A stretch of 51,376 bases of DNA. It comes from Candidatus Zixiibacteriota bacterium. Its GTDB lineage: Bacteria; Zixibacteria; MSB-5A5; UM-FILTER-46-8. Positions 36,468 to 48,309 of this stretch are shown here, one piece after another; the stretch's first letter is position 1, and every line of letters begins with the position of its first letter. The stretch is taken from NCBI GenBank assembly GCA_014730175.1, contig WJIR01000031.1:1-51376 (forward strand), in the 5' to 3' direction. The notes beneath the pieces are model-generated. The model was not told the origin of the DNA and made no database searches. It saw nothing but the letters and a program-made list of their open reading frames with translations. The translations under genes were made by a program, and so were the position numbers.

Positions 36468-37025
36468 ATGTCTGTAATGCCTGACAGTTGGATAAGGAAG
36501 ATGGCGCATGAGCATAAGATGATCGAGCCGTTTGTGGACGAACAAGTCCGCACCGGTGCAATCTCTTATGGTTTGTCATCTTATGGCTATGATATTCGAG
36601 TGTCCGATGAGTTTAAAGTTTTTACCAATATTAACTCGACAGTTGTCGATCCGAAGCGATTCGACGAAAAATCGTTTATCAGCCATAAGGGCGAATATTG
36701 TATAATTCCCCCGAATTCATTCGCACTGGCAAGAACAGTTGAATACATGAGAATTCCCCGCAATATAATTACACTTTGCGTGGGAAAATCGACTTATGCT
36801 CGTTGTGGGATAATCGTAAATGTAACCCCGTTCGAACCGGAGTGGGAGGGTTACGTAACTCTTGAGATTTCCAATACTACGCCGCTCCCCGCTAAGATTT
36901 ATTCGGGGGAGGGGATAGCGCAGGTTATATTCTTCAAGGCTGACGATATTTGTGAAATTTCGTACGCCGATAAAGCAGGCAAGTATCAGAAACAGAGCGA
37001 CATAACTTATCCCAGAGTGGATTAA
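36468..37025 (+). CDS. dcd: dCTP deaminase
   Basis: 185 aa, [11 protein letters not shown]....F..F and the trimeric dUTPase-like fold pattern (GKS.YARCGI.VNVTP.EP.W.G..TLE..N). Confidence 0.9.
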   Translation: MSVMPDSWIRKMAHEHKMIEPFVDEQVRTGAISYGLSSYGYDIRVSDEFKVFTNINSTVVDPKRFDEKSFISHKGEYCIIPPNSFALARTVEYMRIPRNIITLCVGKSTYARCGIIVNVTPFEPEWEGYVTLEISNTTPLPAKIYSGEGIAQVIFFKADDICEISYADKAGKYQKQSDITYPRVD

Positions 37026-37099
37026 TAACAAGCGATTTTATTACGATATGATAACAAAACGAAAGTGCAAGGGCGCTTTAAAATAAATAGGAGGAATTT

Positions 37100-37645
37100 T
37101 TGAAAGAAATTAGAATACATGGTCGAGGAGGTCAGGGCGCTGTTACCGCTGCCGTGTTGTTAGCGGAGGCGGCGTTTTACGACGGTCTGTTTGCGCAAGC
37201 ATTCCCTTCGTTCGGTTCCGAGAGAATGGGGGCGCCGGTACAGTCGTTCTGCCGCGTCAGCGATAATAGAATAAGGAGCCGGGATCAAGTTTACACTCCC
37301 GACTATTTAATTATCCAGGACTACACGCTTCTCGGTGCTGTGGATGTGTTGCAGGGTTTGAAGGGAGATGGATTGTGTTTGATAGATTCCGAGAATCCAC
37401 CGGAAGAATTCAAACTCAAAACCGAAGCAAGAGTAGTTACCATACCGGCAACGAGTATCGCTCGTGAGATACTCGGAAGACCGATACAGAATACCACATT
37501 AGTCGGAGCGCTTGCGGGAGCAACGGGTCTGATTTCGGTCGATGCGATCAAGCGTTCGGTTACCGAAAAGTTCCCGGGACCGGTTGGCGAGAAAAACGCT
37601 CAGGCTGTACAGAAAGCTTATGATTTGATGAAAGGAGGTCGGTAA
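37100..37645 (+). CDS. porG: 2-oxoacid (pyruvate):ferredoxin oxidoreductase, gamma subunit
   Basis: TTG start after AGGAGG. IRIHGRGGQGAVTAA.LLA.AA. Order gamma-delta-alpha-beta. Confidence 0.85.
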   Translation: MKEIRIHGRGGQGAVTAAVLLAEAAFYDGLFAQAFPSFGSERMGAPVQSFCRVSDNRIRSRDQVYTPDYLIIQDYTLLGAVDVLQGLKGDGLCLIDSENPPEEFKLKTEARVVTIPATSIAREILGRPIQNTTLVGALAGATGLISVDAIKRSVTEKFPGPVGEKNAQAVQKAYDLMKGGR

Positions 37646-37647
37646 TT

Positions 37648-37911
37648 ATGGCACGACCAAGACCTGCAGGATATGTAGCTGAACCGGGCTCCAGTAAAGC
37701 TAATAAAACCGGTAGTTGGCGTACCGAAAAACCGGTGTTTTTGCATGATACATGTACTGATTGCCGTATATGCGTGCTGGTTTGTCCCGATGGTATTATA
37801 TTTGGCGCTGATAGTATATACGATGCGGACTTCGATTTCTGCAAAGGATGTGGAATCTGCGCAGCCGAGTGTCCCGTCGATGATATAGAAATGGCTCCGG
37901 AGGTGCGATAA
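37648..37911 (+). CDS. porD: 2-oxoacid:ferredoxin oxidoreductase, delta subunit (2x[4Fe-4S])
   Basis: 87 aa with CTDCRICVLVCP and CKGCGICAAECP. Confidence 0.85.
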   Translation: MARPRPAGYVAEPGSSKANKTGSWRTEKPVFLHDTCTDCRICVLVCPDGIIFGADSIYDADFDFCKGCGICAAECPVDDIEMAPEVR

Positions 37912-39086
37912 TGAAGGAATTTATTGAAGGTTCAATGGCAGTGGCGAGAGGTGTAGCGGTTTGCCGTCCTCACGTGGTTTCGGCATACCCGATTACGCCC
38001 CAGACCCATATCGTGGAGCACCTTTCCGAGATGGTCGCCGATGGGGACCTTGATTCCCAGTTCATTAATGTTGAGAGTGAGTTCGGAGCGGCTTCGGTTG
38101 TTCTCGGAGCGGCGGCAGCCGGCGGGCGTTCCTATTCGGCAACCACTTCACAGGGATTGCTTCTCATGGGCGAAGTGCTCTTCAATATTGCCGGTTTGAG
38201 ATTACCGATCAGTATCACGGTTGCAAATAGAGCGGTTTCCGCTCCCATTAATATCTGGAATGACCATTCCGATGCTATGGTATTCCGTGATGCCGGCTGG
38301 ATTATGCTTTTCGCTGAGGATAACCAGGAAGTGCATGATATGCAGATTCAAGCTTACAAAATCGGCGAGAATCCGGAAATCATGCTGCCGGTCTTAGTCA
38401 ACATGGATGGTTTCATTCTTACACACGCCTATGAAACCGTTGAGACTATTAGCCAGAAGGAAGCCGATGATTTCCTGCCGCCGTTTAAACCGGAATATTA
38501 TCTCGATGTTAATAAACCGATTACAATGGGCGTACTCGGCGATCCCAATTACTACCTGGAAACCCGCTATAGCCTTCAAGAAGCAATCGATGAATCCCGC
38601 GATGTAGTCAAGCAGGTGGCAAGGGAATTCAAGGAGAAATTCGGGCGCTGGTACGGAGACCTTATCGATACTTATAGAACGGAAGATGCCGACACCGTAT
38701 TCGTAGCGATGGGTTCGCTGGTCGGAACCATCAAGGATACGGTCGATGAACTGCGTGACAAAGGCGAGAAAGTCGGGCTTTTGAAGATACGTTGCTATCG
38801 TCCGTGGCCCGGTGAAGAAGTGGTTGAAAGTCTCAAAAATATTGACAATGTGATAGTGCTGGAGAAAGCGGTTTCGCTGGGAGCTTCTGGTATGATGGCA
38901 GACGAGATCAAGGCATCTCTTTTTGATACTCCACACCGCCCCAAGATATCCAATTTCTTTATCGGACTCGGCGGAAGAGATATACCGAAAGAATCTCTGA
39001 TCAAAGTATACAATCAGGTTAAAGAGAAACCGCAATACAATCAATTCGTTGATTTAAAACCGGAATTACTTGAATACCCAAGTTAG
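37911..39086 (+). CDS. porA: 2-oxoacid:ferredoxin oxidoreductase, alpha subunit
   Basis: 391 aa, G..A.A.G........V.SAYPITPQT.I.E.L. The start overlaps the porD stop (TAATG). Confidence 0.87.
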   Translation: MKEFIEGSMAVARGVAVCRPHVVSAYPITPQTHIVEHLSEMVADGDLDSQFINVESEFGAASVVLGAAAAGGRSYSATTSQGLLLMGEVLFNIAGLRLPISITVANRAVSAPINIWNDHSDAMVFRDAGWIMLFAEDNQEVHDMQIQAYKIGENPEIMLPVLVNMDGFILTHAYETVETISQKEADDFLPPFKPEYYLDVNKPITMGVLGDPNYYLETRYSLQEAIDESRDVVKQVAREFKEKFGRWYGDLIDTYRTEDADTVFVAMGSLVGTIKDTVDELRDKGEKVGLLKIRCYRPWPGEEVVESLKNIDNVIVLEKAVSLGASGMMADEIKASLFDTPHRPKISNFFIGLGGRDIPKESLIKVYNQVKEKPQYNQFVDLKPELLEYPS

Positions 39087-39106
39087 AAAATATATGGAGT
39101 AGATAG

Positions 39107-40036
39107 ATGAGTGATACTAAAACCAAAAAGAAAAGAAAAGAGAAGCCGCCGATCGAAGAACCGCTGTTGGCTCCCGGACATCGCGCCTGTTCCGGCTGCG
39201 GTGAGTCTCTGGGGGCGAAACTGGTGATGGATGCAGCAGGACCCAACACCTATGCGACTTGTTGCACCGGTTGTCTGGAAGTGTTCTCAACTCCGTATCC
39301 CGAATCGGCATGGAAGATGCCCTGGATCCATTCTCTATTCGAAAATTCGTCTGCGGTTGCGGCGGGAATAGAAGCTGCCCTCATTGCACAAGGACGGGAT
39401 AAAGATGTCAACATTATCGCTATGGGCGGAGATGGCGGTACCGCTGATATCGGAATCGGGTGTCTTTCCGGGATGCTGGAAAGAGGTCATAATATTCTGT
39501 ATGTTTGCTTCGATAACGAAGCCTACATGAATACCGGCGTGCAGAGAAGCGGTTTGACTCCGTTCGATGCTCGTACCTCAACCAGTCCTCCCGGTAAGAG
39601 GTCGTGGGGTAATAAAACCACAAAGAAGAACCTACCCGGTATTGCCGGAGCGCATGGAATCCCCTATGTGGCTACCGCTACTGTGGGTTATCCCAATGAT
39701 CTGATAAATAAGGTGAAGAAGGCTCTTAAAATCCAGGGACCTAAATACATGCAGGTGCATGTACCATGTCCGCTGGGCTGGATTCATCCGACCGATCAGA
39801 CCATCGAGATTGCCAAACTCGCGGTCTTAACCGGGCTGATCCCGATTTATGAGATGGAGTATGGCGAAGTTACTCGTGTCCGCAAGATCGGTAAGAACAG
39901 AAGACCTGTCGAGGATTATTTGAAGCCACAGGGAAGGTTCCGTCACCTGTTCGCCAAGGGCGCCGAAGCCGAGGAAGAGCTGGAGAAAATTCGCCAGATC
40001 GCTGAGGATAACATCAAGAAATTCGGATTAGCTTAG
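39107..40036 (+). CDS. porB: 2-oxoacid:ferredoxin oxidoreductase, beta subunit (TPP-binding)
   Basis: 309 aa with CSGCG and the TPP motif GGDGGTADIG......N..Y.CFDNEAYMNTG.Q. Confidence 0.87.
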   Translation: MSDTKTKKKRKEKPPIEEPLLAPGHRACSGCGESLGAKLVMDAAGPNTYATCCTGCLEVFSTPYPESAWKMPWIHSLFENSSAVAAGIEAALIAQGRDKDVNIIAMGGDGGTADIGIGCLSGMLERGHNILYVCFDNEAYMNTGVQRSGLTPFDARTSTSPPGKRSWGNKTTKKNLPGIAGAHGIPYVATATVGYPNDLINKVKKALKIQGPKYMQVHVPCPLGWIHPTDQTIEIAKLAVLTGLIPIYEMEYGEVTRVRKIGKNRRPVEDYLKPQGRFRHLFAKGAEAEEELEKIRQIAEDNIKKFGLA

Positions 40037-40215
40037 CCACAAGCTAACGTACCATGACGGATTCGCCCGTCGAGGATTTAGTAGCCTAAGGCTGTGCTTT
40101 CGGAGATAAATCGAAGGTCGAAATCGTTGAGATTTCGATCCGGATTGATTGGTTTGCGCCGACGTTTTCGTCGGCGCACATCTCTCAAAAAAATTGAATA
40201 TTTCCCTTAAACGAT

Positions 40216-40243
40216 GGCGGGTGACCACCCGTCTTTATTATTT
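40216..40243 (+). terminator. Rho-independent terminator after porB
   Basis: GGCGGGT 40216-40222 / ACCCGTC 40227-40233 (one G-U pair), loop GACC, followed by TTTATTATTT. Confidence 0.55.
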
Positions 40244-40289
40244 GAATTAAACTAAACAAAAACAAAGTGATTAGGTAGGAGTAATAGAC

Positions 40290-42536
40290 ATGATAACTAA
40301 ACAACAAGCTTTAGATTATCATTCCCGAGGAAAGCCGGGCAAAGTGGAGATAAATCCCACGAAGCCCTGCATGACCCAATTAGATCTTTCGCTGGCATAC
40401 ACACCGGGCGTGGCGCAGCCCTGTCTGGAGATAAAAGAGAATCCGGCGGACGTTTATAAATACACTGCTAAGGGTAACCTGGTGGCGGTCGTTACCAACG
40501 GTACCGCTGTGTTGGGACTTGGTGATATAGGCGCAGCCGCGGGTAAACCGGTGATGGAAGGGAAGGGCGTTTTATTCAAACGTTTTGCGGATATCGACGT
40601 ATTCGATATCGAGTTGAATACAACCGACCCTGAAGAGATCATTAAATGCTGTCAGCTTCTCGAACCGACTTTTGGCGGTATAAATCTCGAGGACATCAAA
40701 GCCCCGGAATGCTTCCATATCGAGGAAACGCTAAAGGCAACCACCAACATTCCGGTTTTCCATGATGATCAGCATGGTACCGCGATCATCTCCGGAGCGG
40801 CTTTGCTAAATGCGCTTGAGTTGGTTAAGAAGGATATAAGCGAGATAAAGGTGGTCTATGCTGGCGCTGGCGCAGCCGGTATCGCCTGCGCTAAACTTTA
40901 TTGCACGCTTGGCGTTAAGCCTGAAAATATCCTGATGACTGACTCCAAAGGAGTGATGTATGAGGGACGCGGTGATGAGTTCAACAAGTACAAAGCGGAG
41001 TTCGTCCGTAAGACCAGCGCACATACATTAGCTGACGCTCTGAAAGATGCCGACGTTTTTGTGGGTGTTTCTGTGGCTAACACTGTCACTCAGGAAATGG
41101 TGAAATCGATGGCGCGCAACCCGATTATCTTCGCCATGGCTAATCCCGATCCCGAAATTACCTATCCCGATGCGGTTGCGGCACGGAAGGATATTATCAT
41201 GGCAACCGGCCGCTCCGACTTCCCAAATCAGGTAAATAATGTTTTGGGATTCCCCTTTATATTCAGAGGGGCGTTGGATGTTCATGCTACCGCAATCAAC
41301 GATGAGATGAAAATCGCCGCTGTGCAGGCATTGGCAAATCTCGCCAAAGAGGATGTTCCGGACGAAGTAGCTCAAGCATACGGAGTTGATTATTTCAAGT
41401 TCGGTAGGGAATATATCATCCCTAAGCCTTTTGATCATAGGGTTCTGACATGGGAATCCGCTGCGGTAGCGAAAGCTGCAATGGATTCCGGAGTAGCTCA
41501 GAAGCAGATCGACATCGAGGAGTATAAAACGCAGCTCTCCGGAAGAATCGGGCGCGGACGGATAATTATGTCCGTAATCACCGATAAGGCCAAGAAGAGT
41601 CCTAAGAAGATCGTTTTTCCCGAAGGGGAATCCACTCGGATACTCCGAGCCGCCCATATTATCGCATCCGAGGGTATAGGCACTCCCATTGTTCTCGGAA
41701 ACAAGTATAAAATACTCGAAATAGCGGATGAAGGTGAGATTGATTTAATCGGACTGGAGGTTATCGATCCTAACGAATCTCCTAAGCGGGAAGTGTATGC
41801 GGAGAGATTTTTTCAGAAGCGCTGTCGCAGAGGTATCACTATAGATAAAGCTCAGGCAATGATGTATGATCGTACCTATTTCGGCATAATGGCGCTGGAG
41901 ATGGGTGATTGCGATGCTGTACTTTCAGGAGTTACATCGGAATATCCGGCAACCATGCGCCCCGCTCTGCAGATTATCGATCTCAATCCGGGTATCACAC
42001 GGGTCTCGGGATTGTACGCGATGATCGATAGAGACAAAGTGTATATGTTTGCGGATACCACGGTGAACATCAATCCCACAGAAGATGAACTTGCGGAGAT
42101 TGCGATCAGCGCATCCCGCGTTGCAAAAGCATTCAATATTGAGCCGCGGATTGCAATGCTGTCATTCTCCAACTTCGGCTCGGCTCGTTATCCCGAATCG
42201 GAAAAAGTAGCCAGAGCTACCGAAATTGTCATGCGGAAGGCTCCTGATTTAATTGTCGATGGTGAAATGCAAGCGGATACAGCATTAATGCCGGAATATA
42301 TTAAGCGGTATTTCCCGTTCTCGCACCTTAAGGAACCCGCCAATGTCTTTATATTTCCGGAACTAAACTCCGGGAACATCGCTTACAAGCTGCTGCAGCG
42401 TATAGGCGGATTAACAGCGGTGGGACCTATCCTCATGGGATTATCCAAACCGGTTCATGTCCTGCATCGTACTCTGGACGTAAATCAGATCGTAGACATG
42501 GCAGCGATAGCGGTAGTTGATGCCCAGTCAAGCTAA
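40290..42536 (+). CDS. maeB: NADP-dependent malic enzyme, MaeB type (malic enzyme plus C-terminal PTA-like domain)
   Basis: 748 aa. N-terminal malic enzyme and NAD(P)-binding region ([30 protein letters not shown]). C-terminal phosphate acetyl/butyryl-transferase-like domain of about 330 aa. Confidence 0.9.
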   Translation: MITKQQALDYHSRGKPGKVEINPTKPCMTQLDLSLAYTPGVAQPCLEIKENPADVYKYTAKGNLVAVVTNGTAVLGLGDIGAAAGKPVMEGKGVLFKRFADIDVFDIELNTTDPEEIIKCCQLLEPTFGGINLEDIKAPECFHIEETLKATTNIPVFHDDQHGTAIISGAALLNALELVKKDISEIKVVYAGAGAAGIACAKLYCTLGVKPENILMTDSKGVMYEGRGDEFNKYKAEFVRKTSAHTLADALKDADVFVGVSVANTVTQEMVKSMARNPIIFAMANPDPEITYPDAVAARKDIIMATGRSDFPNQVNNVLGFPFIFRGALDVHATAINDEMKIAAVQALANLAKEDVPDEVAQAYGVDYFKFGREYIIPKPFDHRVLTWESAAVAKAAMDSGVAQKQIDIEEYKTQLSGRIGRGRIIMSVITDKAKKSPKKIVFPEGESTRILRAAHIIASEGIGTPIVLGNKYKILEIADEGEIDLIGLEVIDPNESPKREVYAERFFQKRCRRGITIDKAQAMMYDRTYFGIMALEMGDCDAVLSGVTSEYPATMRPALQIIDLNPGITRVSGLYAMIDRDKVYMFADTTVNINPTEDELAEIAISASRVAKAFNIEPRIAMLSFSNFGSARYPESEKVARATEIVMRKAPDLIVDGEMQADTALMPEYIKRYFPFSHLKEPANVFIFPELNSGNIAYKLLQRIGGLTAVGPILMGLSKPVHVLHRTLDVNQIVDMAAIAVVDAQSS

Positions 42537-42586
42537 TTCGGTAAGATATGGATGGCTCCTTAAACCAGCTTTTATTGATAGTAACA

Positions 42587-42617
42587 AAAGCGGCTGCACA
42601 TGTTGTGCAACCGCTTT
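42587..42617. terminator. Bidirectional terminator hairpin between convergent maeB and gdhA
   Basis: AAAGCGG-C-TGCACA / TGTGCA-A-CCGCTTT with a TGT loop. A-run on the 5' side and T-run on the 3' side. Confidence 0.55.
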
Positions 42618-42741
42618 ACAGTTGCGATAATTAAGTCCGGATAGGAATAAGCCGAAGGCTTACAAGTGTCCTCGCTCGGTAAATAGTCTTCTTGATATGC
42701 CGAACAATTCCGCTCAATTCACCTTCTAATTTGAAAATCGA

Positions 42742-44130
<1,389 letters not shown>

Positions 44131-44137
44131 TTATACT

Positions 44138-44166
44138 ATATATCAGTCTTTCTATCTATAATTCAA
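44138..44166 (-). promoter_or_regulatory. Sigma-70-like promoter candidate for gdhA
   Basis: On the minus strand: TTGAAT (complement of 44161-44166), 17-nt spacer, ATATAT (complement of 44138-44143). Confidence 0.3.
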
Positions 44167-44205
44167 TCATAATTCCGGGTATGAAATTCCCTTTTCACCA
44201 TCTCT

Positions 44206-44221
44206 TGTGAACATTTTCACT
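44206..44221. promoter_or_regulatory. CRP/FNR-family-like palindrome upstream of gdhA
   Basis: TGTGA-ACATTT-TCACT. Matches TGTGA-N6-TCACA in 9 of 10 half-site positions. Confidence 0.4.
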
Positions 44222-44420
44222 TATTCAAGGGATAATACGAACATATTACATTTATTGCAATAGGTATATCTATGGATTTAAAGCGGGAATATTATGTATT
44301 AACTTTATAAACGCAAGATAAATTTCTATTTAATTCAATATGAATCCCGCAAATGTAATCCTGTCCATTATTAAAGGTGCTTTTTAGGTTGAATCTTAGA
44401 GGTTAGTTCCTCAATATCAC

Positions 44421-44449
44421 TTGACAAAAGTGAATCAATTCACTAATTT
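44421..44449 (+). promoter_or_regulatory. Sigma-70-like promoter candidate for kbl
   Basis: TTGACA (44421-44426), 17-nt spacer, TAATTT (44444-44449). Confidence 0.45.
44429..44444. promoter_or_regulatory. Second CRP/FNR-like palindrome, inside the kbl promoter spacer
   Basis: AGTGA-ATCAAT-TCACT, with perfect GTGA-N6-TCAC symmetry. Lies between the candidate -35 and -10 boxes. Confidence 0.4.
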
Positions 44450-44534
44450 GCCCAACCTGAATATTAATTCTATTAACAAAACCCATATTACACAGAAACG
44501 AATAATTAAAACATAAACCATTGAGGAGTAATTA

Positions 44535-45725
44535 ATGTACGGAGTTGTCAAAGACCAGCTTCAGGAAACATTGTCCGAAATCAAAGAAGCCGGGCTTTTT
44601 AAAGATGAAAGAATAATCGTCAGTAAACAAGCTGCTGAGATTAAGGTAAAATCCGGGCAGGAGGTGCTTAACTTCTGCGCCAATAACTATTTAGGATTAG
44701 CTAACAACGAGAGATTGATTAAAGCCGCTAAAGAAGGATTGGAGAAGTACGGTTACGGATTGAGTTCTGTCCGTTTTATCTGCGGTACGCAGGATATTCA
44801 TAAGGATTTGGAACAATCCATCGCCAAATTCCTGGGCACCGAAGACACCATATTATATTCATCCTGCTTCGATGCTAATGGCGGGTTGTTCGAAACGTTA
44901 TTAACGCCGGATGATGCGGTGATATCCGATGCTCTCAACCACGCCTCCATCATCGATGGCATCCGCTTGTGTAAAGCTCAACGTCACCGTTTTGTCCACA
45001 ATGACATGAACGATCTGGAACGAATCCTGAAAGAAACGCAAACCGCCAGAAGGCGCATGATCGCCACCGACGGGGTTTTCTCGATGGACGGAGATGTAGC
45101 AAAATTAGACCAGATCTGCGATCTCGCGGAGAAATATAACGCGATGGTCATGGTGGATGATTCTCATGCTACCGGATTCGTCGGCAAGACAGGCCGCGGA
45201 AGCCATGAATACCGGGGTGTTATGGGGCGTATTGATGTAATAACCTCGACTTTAGGTAAAGCTTTAGGCGGTGGTTCCGGTGGTTTCACCTCCGGGCGCG
45301 AGGAGATTGTGGCTCTTCTCCGCCAGCGCAGCCGCCCCTATCTGTTCAGCAATACTCTGCTTCCGGCGATTGTCTATGGCGCTATCGAATGTTTCAAGAT
45401 GCTTTCGGAAACCACCGAGTTGCGCGACAAGCTGGAAGACAATACCAAATATTTCCGGGATAAGATGACAGCCAATGGATTCGATATCCTTTCCGGTGAT
45501 CATCCGATCGTTCCGATTATGCTGGGCGATGCCAAACTGGCTCACGATTTCGCGCATGATATGCTGGAGCTCGGAATCTATGTTATTGGATTCAGCTATC
45601 CGGTGGTGCCGAAAGGCGAAGCCCGTATCCGCGTTCAGATATCCGCTGGTCACGAGAAAGAACATCTGGACAAAGCAATTGATGCCTTCGCCAAGGTCGG
45701 AAAGAAATTGGGAGTAATTAAGTAA
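44535..45725 (+). CDS. kbl: Glycine C-acetyltransferase (2-amino-3-ketobutyrate CoA ligase)
   Basis: 396 aa, alpha-oxoamine synthase family. [26 protein letters not shown], and the PLP lysine context TLGKALGG. Confidence 0.88.
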   Translation: MYGVVKDQLQETLSEIKEAGLFKDERIIVSKQAAEIKVKSGQEVLNFCANNYLGLANNERLIKAAKEGLEKYGYGLSSVRFICGTQDIHKDLEQSIAKFLGTEDTILYSSCFDANGGLFETLLTPDDAVISDALNHASIIDGIRLCKAQRHRFVHNDMNDLERILKETQTARRRMIATDGVFSMDGDVAKLDQICDLAEKYNAMVMVDDSHATGFVGKTGRGSHEYRGVMGRIDVITSTLGKALGGGSGGFTSGREEIVALLRQRSRPYLFSNTLLPAIVYGAIECFKMLSETTELRDKLEDNTKYFRDKMTANGFDILSGDHPIVPIMLGDAKLAHDFAHDMLELGIYVIGFSYPVVPKGEARIRVQISAGHEKEHLDKAIDAFAKVGKKLGVIK

Positions 45726-45785
45726 TTCATCAAAATAAAGCCGAATACTGTATGATTCAGGTATGGCGGCGATAACTCATATTGG

Positions 45786-45813
45786 AAGCCGAAGTATATT
45801 GCTTCGGCTTTTT
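45786..45813 (+). terminator. Rho-independent terminator after kbl
   Basis: AAGCCGAAG 45786-45794 / CTTCGGCTT 45802-45810, 7-nt loop, followed by TTT. Confidence 0.75.
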
Positions 45814-45867
45814 AAATGGTCACATGCAGATAAATTCGAATCGCGTAAATTTAGCTTGCTTCTATAG

Positions 45868-48264
45868 CTATTTTAACAATGTCATACGCTTCGTGAGCGC
45901 TCTATCGCCAACAACTAACTTATAGAAATATATTCCGCTGGCATATTCGGAGGCGCTCCAGATAACGGTATGATCACCGGCATTTAGCTGCGAGTTAATT
46001 AGAATGTCAATCTTCTGACCCAATAGGTTATAAATTTCAAGTCTGGCAATTGAGGTCTCAGGGATGCTAATTTCAAATCTGAAACATGCATTGGATGGAT
46101 TAGGCGTGCATGTCACCTCAAAATTCTCCGAGGGTTTATCCGGGAGATCTAAGGGACTTGGACTACCGATCAGGATGAGGGCTGTATCCTCCACTACATG
46201 AAGTCCTCTGTCTTCGATAAGACAGGTAACGGTATCGATCACGTTGTTTTCACCATTATACTCAGGTGCCGTATAGATCACTGCGGGACTATGTAAACTA
46301 TCGATGGTCCCATAAACCGTTTGCCATGAAATGGTTAAGCTATCCCCCCGACCGGAATGCAAATCCACATCGAAAATGTCCAAGATAATGGAATCAGACT
46401 CGCACCAATCCAAGTATTCCGGATAGGAGTCAAAATGTGCGTAAGGTTGATACCCCCAATCCCAGGAGAACTTAACTTCATCGATGTATGCTTTGAAAAC
46501 TCCGGTCTCAGCACTGCTGCCATCATCATACCCGATTAATAGTTTGGAAATATCTTTGCCGTAAATCGGTTCCAGGTCAAAGGCATAAAACCTCCATTCA
46601 CCGGAAGTAACCGTAAGATTCTCTGGCCCGATCTGTTCATCGAATTGGCTGTATATCGGAAGATCATGCAGCCAGGCGCCTGCTTTTGTGATACCATCCA
46701 AACAGATATGACCCAAGTCACCGGGAGATTCTTCTACATGGATTATAAACGAAAGAAACCGCCTTGAAGAGTTTATTGGTATGTCATCGTCCATAAGCGT
46801 GCAGTAAACCCGGCTATCCGCTAATGGGGAAACATCTTCACCCTTTATACCGTAGACGCGCTTATTCCTTATATACTCACTGATCCAGGATACCCTAACA
46901 GGCGTATGCTTGACTGGAATTATACGCGCTACCACATCCTGACAATTTGCAATGTCAACAACGGTATTCTGTAGCGCGCGGGTATCCATGAGTTCAAATC
47001 CTGTATATGAAAATGCAGGTTTATAGGAAGGATTGACTGCAATCTGCATCCCGGGATCACCATAGAGATTAAACTGGAAAGCGCCTTGCCAATTGTAGGC
47101 GTAAAATTTCGGAATATAATACAGCCGACCCAAATTCATCGCCTCTCTTTCGAAGAACGTTTTATAAAAATGGGTGGTTAGAGTGCGGTTGTCGATTTGA
47201 GCGGTAGCGGAGGAAGGAGATATCCAGGCAATCGCTCCGGCGTTTTCCGTAAACAGGAAATTCTCGAAGTGGCTTTCGAATTCATGTGTAAGGAACGGAT
47301 CGAACCTGCCCAGGTCGCAACTGGCGGCATACACTACCGGGTATTTCAGGTAATTGTTCAGGTCGGTATCGGCATCGAAGTAGTCGCTTTCGATGTAGTA
47401 GCAGAAGTTTCGCTGAGTAGCTCCTGTGCCCAAAGCGCTCATAATCAATTGACCATCGTTGAGGAAAAGCGCTAATGAATCGCTTCTAAGCTGCTTGTTT
47501 TCATCTCCCGGACAAGCCGTATAATAAAGTATCTTGGATTCCCAATCCTGCGGTACATACATATCTATAACATCCTCTGAGGTAATACGAACACCACCGG
47601 GGCAAGGGGTTGATGGGCATGGAGGTTCTCTCATTTTATCGCCAGCTACCACGAGTATATTGTCCTTCCATGCTGCGGGATCAGTGTTGGCTTCGTAATC
47701 AAGTAGTTTGTTTATAAATATGGATACCTGATCTGTGTTCTTAGCGGGAATCCTTCCGATATACAGATCGGGAAGGTATGGAGTATATGCCTCGATCGGC
47801 TCGTCATCATCCACCCTCGCGTACACATCATCCATAGCGATCATTCTCGCTGTATGATCATACTCATTTGCCCATTCCCAGTAGGAGGGTATATAATTAT
47901 TGGTCGCCGAGTTAACTATATCCCAATTGAGCGTATCATCGCAAGCGTTACCAATGAGTAGGACGTGCAGCAGTTGATAGGAATTATATGCCGGATTATA
48001 ATGACGTTTTATTCCATCCTTAATATCATAAAACGTTAGTCCGTCGTTTACCTCTTGTATATATACGGAATATCCCTGCTGAGTGCGCCAGGAAGCCAGA
48101 TCGTCCACCGCTTGGCACATCAGATCCTCATTCACTATTATCAGGTACTCGCTCTTATAATCGGTGGGGCCCTGATCCGCTAATACAAAACTGGAAAGCG
48201 CAAATACAAAGCCAATTATCGACAGCCAGGTTATAGAAGCTATCGTTTTCTTGGAAATTTTCAT
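45868..48264 (-). CDS. Secreted C25 (gingipain)-like protein with a T9SS CTD; the catalytic His appears substituted
   Basis: 798 aa with signal peptide MKISKKTIASITWLSIIGFVFALSSFVLA after GAGGTG. C25-like N-terminal layout. The Cys motif YAASCDLGRF is retained, but the segment aligning to FDHGS reads LGTGA. CTD: TPNPSNACFRFEI...LEIYNLLGQKI...GIYFYKL...RMTLLK. Confidence 0.8.
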   Translation of the reverse strand: MKISKKTIASITWLSIIGFVFALSSFVLADQGPTDYKSEYLIIVNEDLMCQAVDDLASWRTQQGYSVYIQEVNDGLTFYDIKDGIKRHYNPAYNSYQLLHVLLIGNACDDTLNWDIVNSATNNYIPSYWEWANEYDHTARMIAMDDVYARVDDDEPIEAYTPYLPDLYIGRIPAKNTDQVSIFINKLLDYEANTDPAAWKDNILVVAGDKMREPPCPSTPCPGGVRITSEDVIDMYVPQDWESKILYYTACPGDENKQLRSDSLALFLNDGQLIMSALGTGATQRNFCYYIESDYFDADTDLNNYLKYPVVYAASCDLGRFDPFLTHEFESHFENFLFTENAGAIAWISPSSATAQIDNRTLTTHFYKTFFEREAMNLGRLYYIPKFYAYNWQGAFQFNLYGDPGMQIAVNPSYKPAFSYTGFELMDTRALQNTVVDIANCQDVVARIIPVKHTPVRVSWISEYIRNKRVYGIKGEDVSPLADSRVYCTLMDDDIPINSSRRFLSFIIHVEESPGDLGHICLDGITKAGAWLHDLPIYSQFDEQIGPENLTVTSGEWRFYAFDLEPIYGKDISKLLIGYDDGSSAETGVFKAYIDEVKFSWDWGYQPYAHFDSYPEYLDWCESDSIILDIFDVDLHSGRGDSLTISWQTVYGTIDSLHSPAVIYTAPEYNGENNVIDTVTCLIEDRGLHVVEDTALILIGSPSPLDLPDKPSENFEVTCTPNPSNACFRFEISIPETSIARLEIYNLLGQKIDILINSQLNAGDHTVIWSASEYASGIYFYKLVVGDRALTKRMTLLK

Positions 48265-48309
48265 GGTTACACCTCAATTAAGTAATTTACTACTCTAAAT
48301 ATAATTACC

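Noticed and set aside
40028-40228. A 66-aa minus-strand ORF in the porB-maeB spacer.
   Set aside because: It is built across palindromic hairpins, is Arg/Ser-rich, and has no RBS. The region is better explained as structured non-coding DNA.
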